The notes under the pieces were generated by a model that had not been told where the DNA came from, ran no database searches, and saw only the letters and a program-made list of their open reading frames with translations. Below are positions 18,701 to 32,450 of a stretch of DNA of 64,000 nt, piece after piece. This DNA is from Trichoplax sp. H2 (Eukaryota): positions 1-64,000 of the forward strand of contig NOWV01000031.1 in assembly GCA_003344405.1 (NCBI GenBank), given 5' to 3'. Position 1 is the stretch's first letter. Every line of letters begins with the position of its first letter. Both the position numbers and the translations under genes were made by a program.

Positions 18701-18903
18701 GCGGCCGAGGTAAGAAATAATATTGGTAAAGGACAAAGATAGAATGATTTTGTGTAGAACTACATTACTACTAAGATGTATCGTAGACAGTACGGTAACT
18801 TTTCAGGTCTTTCAAGAACATTGAAATTAATCAGCTTTTAATACTTTCAATTTATTTAATTTACCTGACTATAGAGGTTTACAATTCGTGTCTGATATTA
18901 TAA
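15753..18903 (+). CDS. TPR protein A (~12 x 42-aa kinesin-light-chain/nephrocystin-3-like TPRs) with predicted C-terminal CaaX
   Basis: Large exon 15753-17592 (donor GTAATT) and predicted small phase-1 exons 18205-18309, 18662-18709 and 18875-18903, giving ~673 aa ending EVYNSCLIL*. The TPR exon is certain; the 3' exons are less so. Confidence 0.8.
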
Positions 18904-20104
18904 CCAGTTAACTTCGTATTGCAAGCCTATTCCATCTAGAGGATCAGGTAGCATTACCTTCTAAGAAGTGGATGAGATTACAGTTTAAATGATATTCGAG
19001 AATGCATGGAGGAAGCATTTAGAATTTTGAATTTATAGCTGCAGGAAGGTTGTCAGAAAGCTGGTGTTTGTGAATTGATATAGGCCTAAAGTGCTAGGGG
19101 TTAATATGGTAATGTAAATCTGATGGAGGAGGAATTGGATCAGCGAACTTTGCAGTATAGTCTGTGACATGCAGACTTCTTGTCCGAGTTATAGAAATGG
19201 GCAAAGAATAAGCAAAGTGATGTCATGTAATATATAGAATTGCTAAAAAATAACGCTTTCAAGTAATTATGAACATCTCTAAATTAATTTCAAGTATTTT
19301 ACTAGTTAAGGTTGCTGTTTTGGTATTGTAAATATTAAATTAATACTTAAATCGATAACTTCAACATCGTAAAGTAATGTGGTCGCTACATAAAATCATC
19401 AGAGATAGTTCTCCATTGATCATCTTGCATGGTGAAGTGCCACTAGGTAGCAGCTAGATGAGGCAGATATTATTAACAGTAAATGTAATTTCTTAACGTA
19501 AAATGTTTGATTGGTGAAATTTAAAGTACCGGTATTCTTCTGGAATTGAAACGTTTTTATATTACTGTCAATTAATTATATACTTCAATTTTTCAATATA
19601 ATTCGATATGAAATCATGATTTAAATTATTTGAAACGGGGTGTATGGCTCAATTAATTTAATTTAAAAACAAGATTTGCAACTAGACTTTGTATTATTGA
19701 AGCTAAAAATAATTTACAACCGATGGAGAACTCTTAAAATCTCGTTTTTGATTACTGAATTGCTAGAGACAACGTAGTTCTGGTATTTTCGACTTTGAAT
19801 TAAAAATTTTGATGGTACATGGATACATGAAACCAAGAAAGTCTAGTGAAAGAATCAAGCGATTCTAATTGAGTCGAGTTAACTCGTTACGGAGGTGATC
19901 TTTTTAAAGTTTGACGGTTAACTTTACTGGAATTTGCATAAAATAATGAGGATCAATCTTTCCTGAATCTTCTACCTCTTTAACTCGAACTCAGTAGTTT
20001 TACTATTCCAGTTGTGTTTATTGATAATGAATGAGATAGATCATTGATAAAGTTTACTATGGTTACCGCGCCATTATTTTCTGGCCAATATCATCTTTCG
20101 TTAT

Positions 20105-20640
20105 CGTAGTACTAGACTAGATGGCCATTGCAACTATCTTTACTGTCGCGGTCCTCACCGACTACTTTCTGACAAGCTTACTAGTCTAACATTAAGCTCT
20201 TACCGTAAATTGTTTGTACAGATTGATACCCTAATCTAACGTAATATCGAATCTAATTCTAGTGCTGCAATCCTAACAGCTCAGAACGACCTTTTTAAAA
20301 GGCTACTCATTATTTGTTAAGCATTATTACAATATTACTAGACTGGATGGCGATTTCATCTAATTTACTTTCGCGGTTCTTACTGACTCCTTCCCGACAA
20401 GTTTACTAGTTTAACATCAAGCTCTTTCTGAGAGTTGCTTGTGCAAATTGATGCCCTAAGCTACTGTAAGATCCAGTCTAATTCTAGTGCTGCTACTCTA
20501 ACAACACGGAATTACCCTTTTGAAAGGCTACTCATTATTTGCTAAGCATTACTACAGTAATACTAGACTTGGTCCCTATTTCATCTATTTTACTATATCG
20601 GTCCTCACCGATTACTTCCCGACCAGTTTATTAGCTGTTA
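20105..20640. repeat. Diverged tandem repeat, ~226-bp unit, ~2.4 copies
   Basis: An ACTAGACT...GGTCCTCACCGA-like block recurs near 20111, 20337 and 20562. Confidence 0.7.
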
Positions 20641-21619
20641 TAATACCGTTAGAATCCGAAAGTATTAATTTTATAATTGCCTTACTGATACTAAATTTAG
20701 TACAACTATTATTAGAGTATTTTGATATTATGATTATGATTACATGTTTCATGTTATAGTCGCCGAACGTTGTTCTAGACAAGAGTCTTAGAGAAAGTGG
20801 GTTAACGTGGGGAAATCGTTTTCCATAATTAGTGGAGTGATGAAGACTAAATTAAGAGATAGAGATAGCAATAATAATATGTTTACGCATAGACGTTTTC
20901 TATACTGTATAATCAGAGTTTCTCTTAGAATAAAGACTACAGCTGCTAACGACTTTAGTTAAGACTTGGCTTTGTGTCTTAAAAGTTAACTTGTGTTTTT
21001 CTTGTTGCAGTTGCTGAGTTGTGGCACTAGTCTAGCATCAATCTCTTGCAAGAGGATAATATTATCAGAAAGAAAGCACTGTACAAACAGAACCTTTCTA
21101 CACTGTATAGTCTAATTGCAACATCATTTTGGATGTGTCGAAATGGGTGGACTGTACACCGTACAGTGTATATATATTATGCACTCGAGATTGCAATTTT
21201 TGCATCAATTTATACAAAATTGATGCAAAGGATGGGTATTTTTGAAGCGTTTTACTTCTGGTTTTTTACCATTCCAACATATCAAAGAAAATAGAACACA
21301 TTACAGTATATAGGTAGACACAGATTTCTATGTTCTCTTTTACTGTGGTTTAACATGGAAACATGTTAAGCCATGTTCAGGGTGGAAGGGTGGGGTTATA
21401 GTATTACTGTTACCATAACAACTGAGAATTACGCTTCTTAAAAGATCAAAATCAGCCAAGTGTGCGCGATTATAGTATTGCTACGATAACGGCTCAGAAC
21501 TACTTTTCTAAAAGGCTTAAAATCAGTCGAGATACACTGTACTATAATCCGTAAAAGTAAACTACTGCATCGATTCAACTTTTCTACGTTGTACTGTAGA
21601 GTGTTTGGTGCGATAACAC

Positions 21620-21800
21620 TTTAAGTAGATAACATTCAAGTTGGAAGTCATAACAAGTCTTTGATTTAACATTTTAACGTACGCTTATGGGATGGTAGTG
21701 AAGGATAGAAGATCATTGTAGAGTGTTTGATGAGATAACGCTTAAAGTAGCTAACATTCAAGTTGGAAGCCGTAACAAGTCCTTGGCTATACATTTTAAC
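21620..21800. repeat. Short direct duplication (~60 bp, ~120-bp spacing)
   Basis: AAGTAG(A/C)TAACATTCAAGTTGGAAG...ACATTTTAACG occurs near 21623 and 21745. Confidence 0.65.
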
Positions 21801-22047
21801 GAACTCCTGTGGGAGTTTGGGATGGTCAATTGGTAATGTATGATAGAAAATAGTTTTAGGATAGTTGCAGTCATTGGATAGGCCACAAATTTTCTCAATC
21901 AACGCATCCCAGGCAGATGCCATTTTAAATAGCGTTGGCTAATTAGCTTGAGGAATAACATAGAAGTAAGAATAAATTCTTGACGGATCACTGAATAGCA
22001 GCTAAGGTACACGTGTTAGACAGTGTATCTCTTTCGATCTATTCGAT

Positions 22048-25000
22048 ATGGCTCTACATCCTACCCAGTTGGACATCCTAGAACGCTTACTGTTACTCTA
22101 TGAAGACGGTCGCCAAAGTCAGCAAAATTATAGAGATGAAGAAGCACTTTCCAGTTATTTACATGCTATCGATGAAATCCAATCCATCGTTCAACCAACT
22201 ACCGAATTGGATGAATTACAATACGATATCTATCTTAATATTTGCGACATTTACATACGACAACACCAATGGGTGAAAGCTGATGAATTATGTCTGAAAG
22301 CAAAGAAAATAGCATTAAAAGTAAACGATCAGTTGAAAGTTGCTCGATGTTTAGATCGCCAAGGCGACATTCAATCACTGCAAGATAATGCAAGCGGAGC
22401 TTTAGATGATTATGTTAAATCACTGAGTATTAAGTTACAGTTATTAGGAGACAATAATCTAGATATTTCCAGCTCTTATGGCAGAATTGGAATCGTCTAC
22501 TACAACCAGGGAGAGCTTGATGAAGCTCTTTCGGCGTATGAAAAAGCGCTAAAAATCGATGACAGAATATTTGGTCGTAGTCATCCCTGTGTTGCAGACT
22601 TGTATACCAGCATTGGTAAAATATACGATGATCAGAAAAAGTACAGTCAAGCGTTAAACAACTACAAAACGGCTCTTGAAATATGCAAGCATGTATATGA
22701 CGATAATCATCCTAATGTTGCTCAGTTATATGCTAGCTTAGCAAGTATATACTACAAACAAGGTAAGCACAAGCAGGCTCTTTCTATGTTTGAAAAATCG
22801 ATAAAAATGGTCAAGCAAGTACATGGCGAAAATCATGCGGATATAGCTGTTTGGTACCAAAACATAGCATTAGTGCTTCTAAATCAGGCAAAGTATGATC
22901 AAGCCATAACAATGTATAATCAGGCTATCAAAGTTTTACGTAATCTTTTCGGTGAAAGTCATCCTGATATTACCCAAATCAATAGCAAGATAGCCGATAT
23001 AAATTATCAACGATATCAATCCGATATTGCTGTTCCAACGAAAGAAAGTGGTAAGATAGTTGTAAGATGATCGTGAATAGAAATAGAATAAATTTATGTT
23101 CAATTAGTACTTATAGCGAGTAGTTTAAATGCGAAAGAATTTGTACTGTGTGACTTGTTAAATAAGTCGATACGGATATCCTCTTTCCACTAGTTCATTG
23201 CGTAACTGACCAGCATAAAGAACCCAATGAACGAATAAACTTAGCCAGTAGTTTTTTATATAAGGTTTACATAGTAAGGTATCAACGTGTACACTTACTT
23301 GACTTATAGGAAGTGAAGAATCTAACTCACAATATACGAAAGAAGAAAATGAAGCTATAAAAGAATTTATCGGTTTGTATTGAGGAGAAAGATTGTATTT
23401 TCAATATCGCAATCGTGACGTAATTATTGGTCGTTGTTTTACAAAATAATTATAGCTTAATGTCTTGTAAGAAAGTTGCTTAGTGTACTGATTGACTTGA
23501 TAATATATCAGATACAACTGCTTTAAGGCGTTTCGAAAAATTAAAAAGTGTTCTAATTTACACCTTATAATGCTGTACAGATGCGTGTTATTCTACGATT
23601 GCAAACTCCATTGGAAGTCATTGGATTGCATTGGCTTCTGATCTGGGCCTTTCCGACCATGATATTAACTCCATTAAGAAACAATCTAGCAGTTCACCTA
23701 CTCAGTCCACTTTAGCAACGCTAATGCTCAATTATTGGCGCAAGAGAAATTTAACACAAGATAACCTGACAATATTAATGAAGAGTCTTGCTGATTTAAA
23801 ACAAAAAAAAATAGTATCTAGTTTGAATAATCTTTTAATTGAAAATAAAAAGAATCCACTATGTTCTAAATACGTCACTACAGTTTTACAAGGTAACAGA
23901 TTTAATGCTATCATTTAAATGAAGTGCTATTTTAAAATATTGCTTTAATTTAATCGTGAATAGAACTTACCCAAAAGAATACAGATCTAGAAAATGGTGA
24001 TGGAAACGCAGATAGAGATGGTAAGAGGACACAAACTACATTGTGATGCATCTTGTTTCTTGTAAAATATCCGTAATCTTTTAATAATACGGCTTGCAGA
24101 ATGTAATCAAGTTGTAGTCTTTAGCAGCTACGTAGTCAGGTATTTCAGTCTAGCAGAGTATTACTGATAGCCGATGTATGCAGCTTTATTGTCATACTGG
24201 TTTATGGTAATAATGTAATTAAACTAGAAAATCTAACGATAGGATATTCAGTATCATAATGCCTAAAAAATTAATAAGCTATGAGTAGGTGGTGCATCTT
24301 ATCAAAATTCTATAAAGTAATGTTATCGATATCTGACAGCTATAGAGTAAAGCATTTCAGTACGTTAATGTTATAATAAAAAATTTAGAAAATTTCTACA
24401 TTTGTATAGGATAACACATATGCGATCCATTAGTAATACATAACAACATAAGTGCTATTAATGATAATAATAAAGCTTCAGTAATGAGCTAATTAGTTAT
24501 TAATATTGGCAAATTTATGGCTATATTAATGTATTTTATCTAGCTGTAGAAGATAAAGAATATCTAGAAGACTATAATAGAGCATTAGAAGATGGTAAAT
24601 GTAGTAATGATTTTACTAAAATTGTCATTGTCGGTCCTGAAAATGTCGGTAAATCATCTATTATGAATGCATTTACTGAGGATGGAAAACTTAAGGAAAC
24701 CCGCCAAACTGAGGTTGCTGAAGACACTAACAAATTAGTAAATCTTATCACATTTGATATTTTGAATAAGAAAGTAGTTGATTTTAGAAAAGTATTACTT
24801 CAGAAAGTACTCTTGGCAATAGAACAGTTTAAAAATCAAACTGACCCTAAATCAACCGTTAATCAACAAGACGAATTGAACGCCAATCAAGAGGACAAAA
24901 TCAACACCACATCTGATCATTCGCGTGGCCAAATGACCACTACAACTGAAAATAATTTAGAAATAACGAAAGATGTGAACGAATTAGCTGTTGCAGAAGT

Positions 25001-28000
25001 AATAGAACCTACATTAAAAGCTGAAACAGTGGATAGTTCTACAGATATCGATAATAATGCTGTAAAAGACGCAGAGAATAGCTCTATACCGAAAAATTAT
25101 CCCACTCAAACTATACCTAAAGTAAATCATAAGCTCTCAATTTATGAAGATTTAATACGATCTCTGACGGATACTAAGGGCAAGAATGAAGATGATAATA
25201 CTAAAGATAATCGCTACGGAAAGCTAGTCGATTTTGGAGGTCAAGCTATCTATTACGTAGCCCATCGCCCATTCCTATCTGGAAAGAGTATCTATGTGTT
25301 AGTTTTTAATATCAACCATACAATTGATACTCCAATAGAGGGCCGAAATAATAAAACCTCGGATGTGACCTACCGACAAGCTATGCAAGAATGGCTAACC
25401 TCGACAATCAGTAGCCACGACGGTGAAAGTACTATCGATGTGAAAATTGGTGAGGAATATGCGTCATACGATCTGCCGATTGTTATCCTGGTAGCATCAC
25501 ATGGTGATCTAGTAAAGCCTTCGGAACACCGTAAAAAATTTAGAATTTTCAAAAATGCATTAGTCGAAGATATGCCAAAATATAGACGAAATATATGCAG
25601 TTCAAACATAATATTTCACTGTAAACCAAATGATAATACCAAAGCATCTGTTAAGCAAAGACGTGATACTAGTAGTACCCTGCATCAATTAATCAAGCAA
25701 TTTGCTTTGAGTCAGCCGTTTATGAAAGAAGAAATTCCCATTCGATGGTATATTATGGCATCAATACTACATACGTCAGTTGACGATAAAAGTAAGGAAA
25801 CTGCATCAAAATCTAGCTATAAAGATATCTTACATCGAATACACAACATCATGAAATACGATGAAATTAGACAGCTAACTAAAGATTGTGAATTGTATGA
25901 GGACGAAAAAAAATTACGAAGTATGCTGTTGTACTTACATCATATAGGCGATATCGTATTTTGTGAGAAAAAAGGGTGCGATGCAATGGTAGTAACTAAT
26001 CTGGATTGGCTACTTGGAATATTTCGATCGATTATCAAAATTGGTGATGATAATACATGAATGTTGATTAGACAGTTGCTTTAAAACTGCTCGCGAAACT
26101 GGTAAAATGTCAGAATCATGTATTGATGCAACTCTTGCTAACAGTGAAATAAAATTAAATAAAGACGAAAAGGAGTTTATTATACAATTAATGGAGAGCT
26201 ATGATATCATTTGCAAGATAGAGAATAAAAATCAGAAAGGAGATGATGGTCGCCAGTTTATTGTGCCGTATTTGCTATATTCATCAGATAAAATGAAAGC
26301 TGATGATTGTATTCTTTCCGATTGGTTATACATTGGATACGATTGTGAAATTATACCCTATATTCCTGACGGAATATTTTACTGCCTTTTATCAGCGTGT
26401 TTAAAGATATGGAATGTGTTAGACGTAGAGATCTACCGTCGATCTGCAAAATACAAACTGGAATTTCCTTATGGGATTATAATCAAGAAAGAAGATTCAT
26501 ATATTGGTTTACAATACTGTTACAAGGCTGAAAATAAAGCAATTGCTGAATACGTTAAAAAGGATATTAAATCTTCAATCAATGCTAATAAACCACAAGA
26601 AAAGATTAGAGACACTTTAGACACAGTAGTTAGTGAGAGGATGCCAAAATTTCAGAATGCACACTGTCAATTTTTTGTTAATTGCTCCTCATGTGGAGAG
26701 AAAACAACAATTACAAGCCATTTAAATGGACAGTTGACTTATATCTGTTGTTCAGAATGTAATACGCACTTCAAATCAACAGCATTAAGCCAGTGGATGG
26801 GTGATAAGCTGGAAGAATTACCAGGTATCGATTGGATATTGAATTTTAGTTTAAATTGTTATTCTTTCATATATTTTAATTTAAAACTATACGCCTGTTA
26901 AATAATGTATATCATCTGCACTTACTTGCACCGTTGCCGATTTACGATGCCCTATTTTTAAATTAGATATATCTTTATAGAACTATCAATTTATCACAAA
27001 ATTGTTAAGGGGAAGGCTGTAAATTTTCACATATCCATAAAGACAGTGATATATCAAGAATATCAATTTAATTAATGTAACGTAAATGCATGTAGTGCTA
27101 GAAATTATTTAATTAATTAACTGGCAAATTTCAGTCAATTTTTCGCAGTCCATTAAGCCTTTCTTGGATTTATAGAAAAAATATTTCACTCTATTTATGA
27201 ATTCTACGCAAAGTTGATACCGTTGAAATTGTGGGCAATTCGCAAAAGAAAATTTCTATGTTATCTACTTGAGGTTAATGTAGTACCACTAAGTGGCATA
27301 TTACAAATTTTACGTCACGGATGATAGACCACAACTGAGTTTTTTTTAATTGTATTGGATTAACATTATAATGGCCGATGCAACAGATAAAGAATCGTAA
27401 TAGAAATCAGTCGATTTTACTACTCTATTTTTATCTTTAGGTACGCAAGCACTATGCAAATATCAAGGGTTTTCTTACCAATTACATCGAGGTATTACCT
27501 TTTAATTTAAATTATTGGTAACTTAACTTCATTCATTATCTGTACATGCCATAATACGTATATTAAGAGGTGTCATTCTATTACAAACATCATTCCTTAA
27601 ATGAATAATTTAATACTAATTTTAAAATGTGATTTAGATTTATGATTTTAAACCTATGCTGTGTAATATGCTATATAAGTGAATGGTGACCAATAGATTA
27701 TACTTATATTTATAGACGTTAGTAGAGAATTGTTGTAAATATGCAGAAATGTCCTACCATTAGGATTAATAATTTACTATTGATTGTTGGTCGAGAATTC
27801 AACAAGTATTACTTATCATTTATGTAAGAAATCGATAACATACGTACTAGAATGATAATCATACAAAAATTGAATACACTAACGGTAAATTTGAAAAAAA
27901 TCTTAGTAAGCAAAGAGTATATAGCACTTCCTTTTAGTTGATAGATCGCTTATAAACGCCGCTTATAAATCTTTTGCTTCATGAAGAAATGATTCATTCT

Positions 28001-28623
28001 AATATTGATTGAAGAGTTGATCTTATTGAAAGGGGCTATCCATACATTAAATATGTTCCTCTTAGATTCCTCAAAAAATAGTATAAACCTATTGAAAAAG
28101 TTTGCGTTGATTCATTAGTGACTTCTGTGTATTGCTGTAAGCTGAGTCAGAACTATAATTACTCTGTAAGTCTAATAGTCTTTAATAATTTAAAATACTA
28201 GTACATGACATTCATCTACAAATATCACTGACAAACTGAAAAAATATGTTCCATTTGGCTAATATGGAGTTTCATGATTGTCTAGGGAAGTTTAATTTTG
28301 ATAGCAATATTTTAATAGTTGATCTTCTGTTCTTTTAAATAGAGAGCTTCAATAAATGTTTTGATATTGTAGCTGAAAAATTGTATAGTGACGAAATCTG
28401 TCCCTTTGGTGTTAAACTTGGCTTAGAATTTATCCCCATTAATGAAATCTGCGATGAAAAAGGCAAGCCCTACACGAAAACAATGAAAGTACTACACATG
28501 TGGCAACAAAAAGTCGGCTTGAATGCTGAAATAATCGATATTATTAAAGTCTTACAAGACATAAGTAGAGTTGATATAGTAGAGAAATTAAAATCCTATT
28601 TAAGTGATTTCTTGCGTGATTAA
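22048..28623 (+). CDS. Roco protein B: TPR(x6)-Death-ROC GTPase-COR-Zn ribbon-Death (~1340 aa if the frame break at ~26060 is bridged)
   Basis: Exons 22048-23050 (TPR), 23310-23372, 23581-23892 (death domain, SIGSHWIALASDLGL...LNYWRKRN), 23964-24020, 24544-26824 and 27441-27491, then 28343-28623 (second death domain, GVKLGL...VLHMWQQKVG...LQDISRVDIVEKL). Exon 24544-26824 carries P-loop GPENVGKS at 24633, DFGGQAIYYVAHRPFL at 25230, VILVASHGD, COR IPIRW / LLYLHHIGDIVF / NLDWL and CSSC...CSEC. All normal introns are phase 1, GT-AG. Confidence 0.85.
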
Positions 28624-31600
28624 AACTTTTAATAATAATCCTAAACTTTACGTTATCAGAGCTTCTATTCAAGATAGCTTCTGAAGATTTAAAGTTGTAA
28701 ATATATAGAACATATAATATCTTACTGTCACAATTTCACTTCTGCGACAAGGTAACGTACAGTAGAAGTCTATAAGTAGCTTCAGACTTAAATGCCCTTT
28801 TACTTAATGTTAAGCATACACAGCAAAATACTGTAAAGATGAAACTTTTATTAGAAAGATACATTTACAACTTTTTATTACACTACTCGACTCAAATGTT
28901 CCCGTTTATATAGGAACCGTCTAATTTATAAACAACAACAGTATTATTATTATATCATACTAGTAATTCAACTACCATCAACTAGAACTTGAATCATCTT
29001 ACTGCTATCTATCACATAATAACAATCAATATCAAATATGTATTGAACTATCGCAAACAACATCCACGTTAAGGCATTACTTATCTTACCTAGCACTACA
29101 AATATGGATATTTTCCATACTAGCTAATACTGTACTTATTAAACTACCCTAATGACAAGGCAACATCGTAACACTTACATACGGTATAGTATATGTCATA
29201 TACTAACTAACTTGATGGCCTTAACTTTTCATCAGCCATGATAATTTCCTATCTTTTCACATTAATATAAAATAAGCCTAATAATTCATTTGAATATGCT
29301 GCTTATAGCCTATTTGGTTTTTAAGTTAAAGATCTAATATTTTTAATACTCGTATCCGAATAAAATTTCTTGATTGTGAGCTGTGTAGGTTTCGTAGCTT
29401 AATTGATTTGTTCTATAAATATGTAAACAAGTTTATAAATCCTTTAATTATTGCAACAAAACCTGTTCTACTAATAGTAATTAGAGTGTAGATCACACAA
29501 GTAATTTTATAATAGCACATTTTATTACTGATTCTGCATCGATTAAGATACTATGTAATAGTACAACTAGTTCTGACAGACAAGGAAAACTTGCTATACC
29601 AGTAGATCTTAGAAAAGAAGGACCAAGAACAATAATAACAGAAAAGCGCAGCTGCTTAAATACGTTATCTAACTTGGTTTCAACAAAACAATCGCGAAAA
29701 CATAATTCAACTTTACAGAACTAAGTATGAGAATAAAATTTTATGATTAGTATCATATTCTATGTAGCTCAAATCAGTATGCTTGAATTATCACAAAAAT
29801 TACTTATATTTATATGCTATTGTCGGCCAAAACCCGAAGTAATCTATGGTTATGTTTATATACCTATTACTGTCAACAGCCCTAGATTTTGGTATTGCTT
29901 CTAAGTTATATCTAATTCACTTTTACATAACATGTTGACAACAATAGCTTATCTAACGGCTTCACTACAATTATATGGATTATTCATTAGAAAGTAGTAG
30001 TAATTGACTTCTTACTGAGATTTTTTATCAACGGCGCCATCAACGTATCCACGACGGAAAGGTAAAAGCTCGAGCTGGCTAGACCTTGGTCTCGTCGCTG
30101 ACAGAGCCCTAAAGAAAGCCTATATTCACGAGCAAGTAATGAGATAGACTAGTAACAACTGTGAAAGGAGAATAGGATAATGGTGAGTTGAACAGCCAAG
30201 CATGCTTCGCCTGTAAAGTATATCGATTGGACTCAACATGATTGATATTTTGGTTCTATCGCATTATATCATGAAAGAAGGATGGACGATGCAGAGTTTA
30301 ATTTGAAGTGTATCATTTCAGTAATGACAGTGATGTAGTGGCAAGGGTGCAAACTACTTGCTTATTGGCCTTTGAGATCGTTTCCTTACAATCGACACTG
30401 TTTTAATCGCTTCAAATTCATATCGAGGCAACACTTCTTATTACAGAAAAGACTTACATATTTATAGCAGTTTTACTGCATTGCCAAATTGTCACCCTAG
30501 ATAATTAGTTCGATCCTACTAAATCATTTCCTATTTTGTCATGTCACCATCTCAGTTAGGCTACTATATATGGCATAGATCCCACGTCGTAGTAATTGAT
30601 AGTCAAATAATTCTACAAAGCCAATCTAGAAATGTAAACTGAATATTTCGTTTTATCAAGGACCATTGTAGAAATTAATTTTAAGCTCTATGTTGATTAC
30701 TTCGTCATTTTGGGCAAAGATCAATTTAAAATAAATAAACTTTTTCTAAATTATCTACAAAATGAATTAAAGGAAGTCTTGCAGCTAACAACGGCTTGAT
30801 AACCGTTCTTTTATGATATTAAGTCCAGTTAAAGCAATAGTTCTTCAATTTAAAATCTATATTGCTACTGGAAACATTAACATTCTACGTAGGAGGTCGA
30901 AAATAGATTCGATTAACAACTATAATATCTACCGTACACTATTTTTTCTCGTATGTAATTAATAGGAAGGATCCAATTAATATTGCGAATAAGATGGGAA
31001 TCAACTCGATTACCATTTACTCGAATTAATCGAAAGATAGATCGATCAGCATATCATCTACAAAAATCTAAGGCAATATAGACAAATTTGATGGTTAGTG
31101 ATAAGAAACGTTCATTTTCTTCAAAATTAAAAATTCTCTTTAAATTTACTAATTGAAAAAATATACTAGTGTTTCGTGTAGAAGGAGAGAAATATTATTT
31201 AACTGCAAGTTTGTTATCTCTATGCTTTCCATGGATATCGGTATGAATATTGATTGAAATATAGCTGCGTTAACATGGCTTGTAAGTCTTTTGTAGACTA
31301 TTAATTGTATATTGACCGATATTTTCAAAATATTATTTAGTTGAGTGTTTTTCTTAGATTTCGAATTTTATTGTTAATAGATAGGTCAAATAATCATCTG
31401 ATCTGGATCTTGCAGGATATATTATTTAGCTATTCATACTATTAAACAAGAGTAAGAAAATACAAATGCTTTTAGAGTAAAAGAGAAGAGAAGATGCTAC
31501 TACGTGCTATAGCCTGGCAAGGTATTGACCGTTGTTAATGATTGAAAGTAAACCAAGCAATTGGTCTAAACAATCTATTGCATGAAAGTCAATAAAGTCA

Positions 31601-32199
31601 GATATCAACTACAACAACAATTTTGTAAGATAAATAGTTCGTTACTATTTTGAAATTGATTACTTGACAGCTTGAAATTTATTCAAATTAGTTTTAGAAT
31701 TTACCTATAAAAAATCTGGTAATGAATTAGAATGTGACAATATTACTGTTATGTATGGTCTACTACCGCGCTAGAAAGTAGTTTTATCCTACTCTAGGAT
31801 ATATCAAAACTCTCAGTAAGCGAAGAAATAATATAGAAATATGAATACTTATTTACTCACTGCAAATTAGGTTTCTACAGCCTAGTAGTATTAACAGATA
31901 GAATACCTACTACTTAATAGATAGAATATCACTTTATTCATTTCTAATTAGGCTTTCTATAACCTAGATAGTACGTTTATCCTACTTTAGCAAATGGCAA
32001 ATAAATCAAGACTATTTTGACGATGAATAGCAGAGATGTTTTAATTCCTTGTTTTGGAACTGTCATTTTATTATCGCTGATGATAGCACACAATTAAATG
32101 TTACCACTTTAACAGAACAAAAATTTGATTGGAAAGTAGTTATCCCATTGCTAGGAGGCTTTATCGATTATTGAGGTAAGAGAAACTAATTTTAAAATT

Positions 32200-32450
32200 A
32201 TAGAGAAAGAAATTGAGATGATACTCCGTAAAAATATATAGGGCAGTTCACGTGGTCCACATGTAGCACCAACAGCATTAATTCCAAAATTCAACGGAAA
32301 TGAAGATTTTGTGCTGACAATAGGAGATTAAATAAAGTGGCATTTGAAGGTGAGTGTCTGTTACTAAGAGCAGATAATTCGTTAGATGTGTTATGAAAAG
32401 CTAAATGTTTTCCCACTTTAGAGTCTTTTAGTGAATATTGGCAGGTCCCA
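32200..32450 (+). mobile_element. Degenerate Ty3/gypsy reverse transcriptase fragment (N-terminal RT)
   Basis: Across frameshifts and a stop it translates as IEKEIEMILRKNI..., ALIPKFNG, RFCADNRRLNKV...DNSLDVL*KAKCFPTLESFSEYWQVP. This matches the gypsy RT consensus LVPK..RFCVDYRxLN...AKxFSTLDLxSGYWQVP. Confidence 0.7.
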
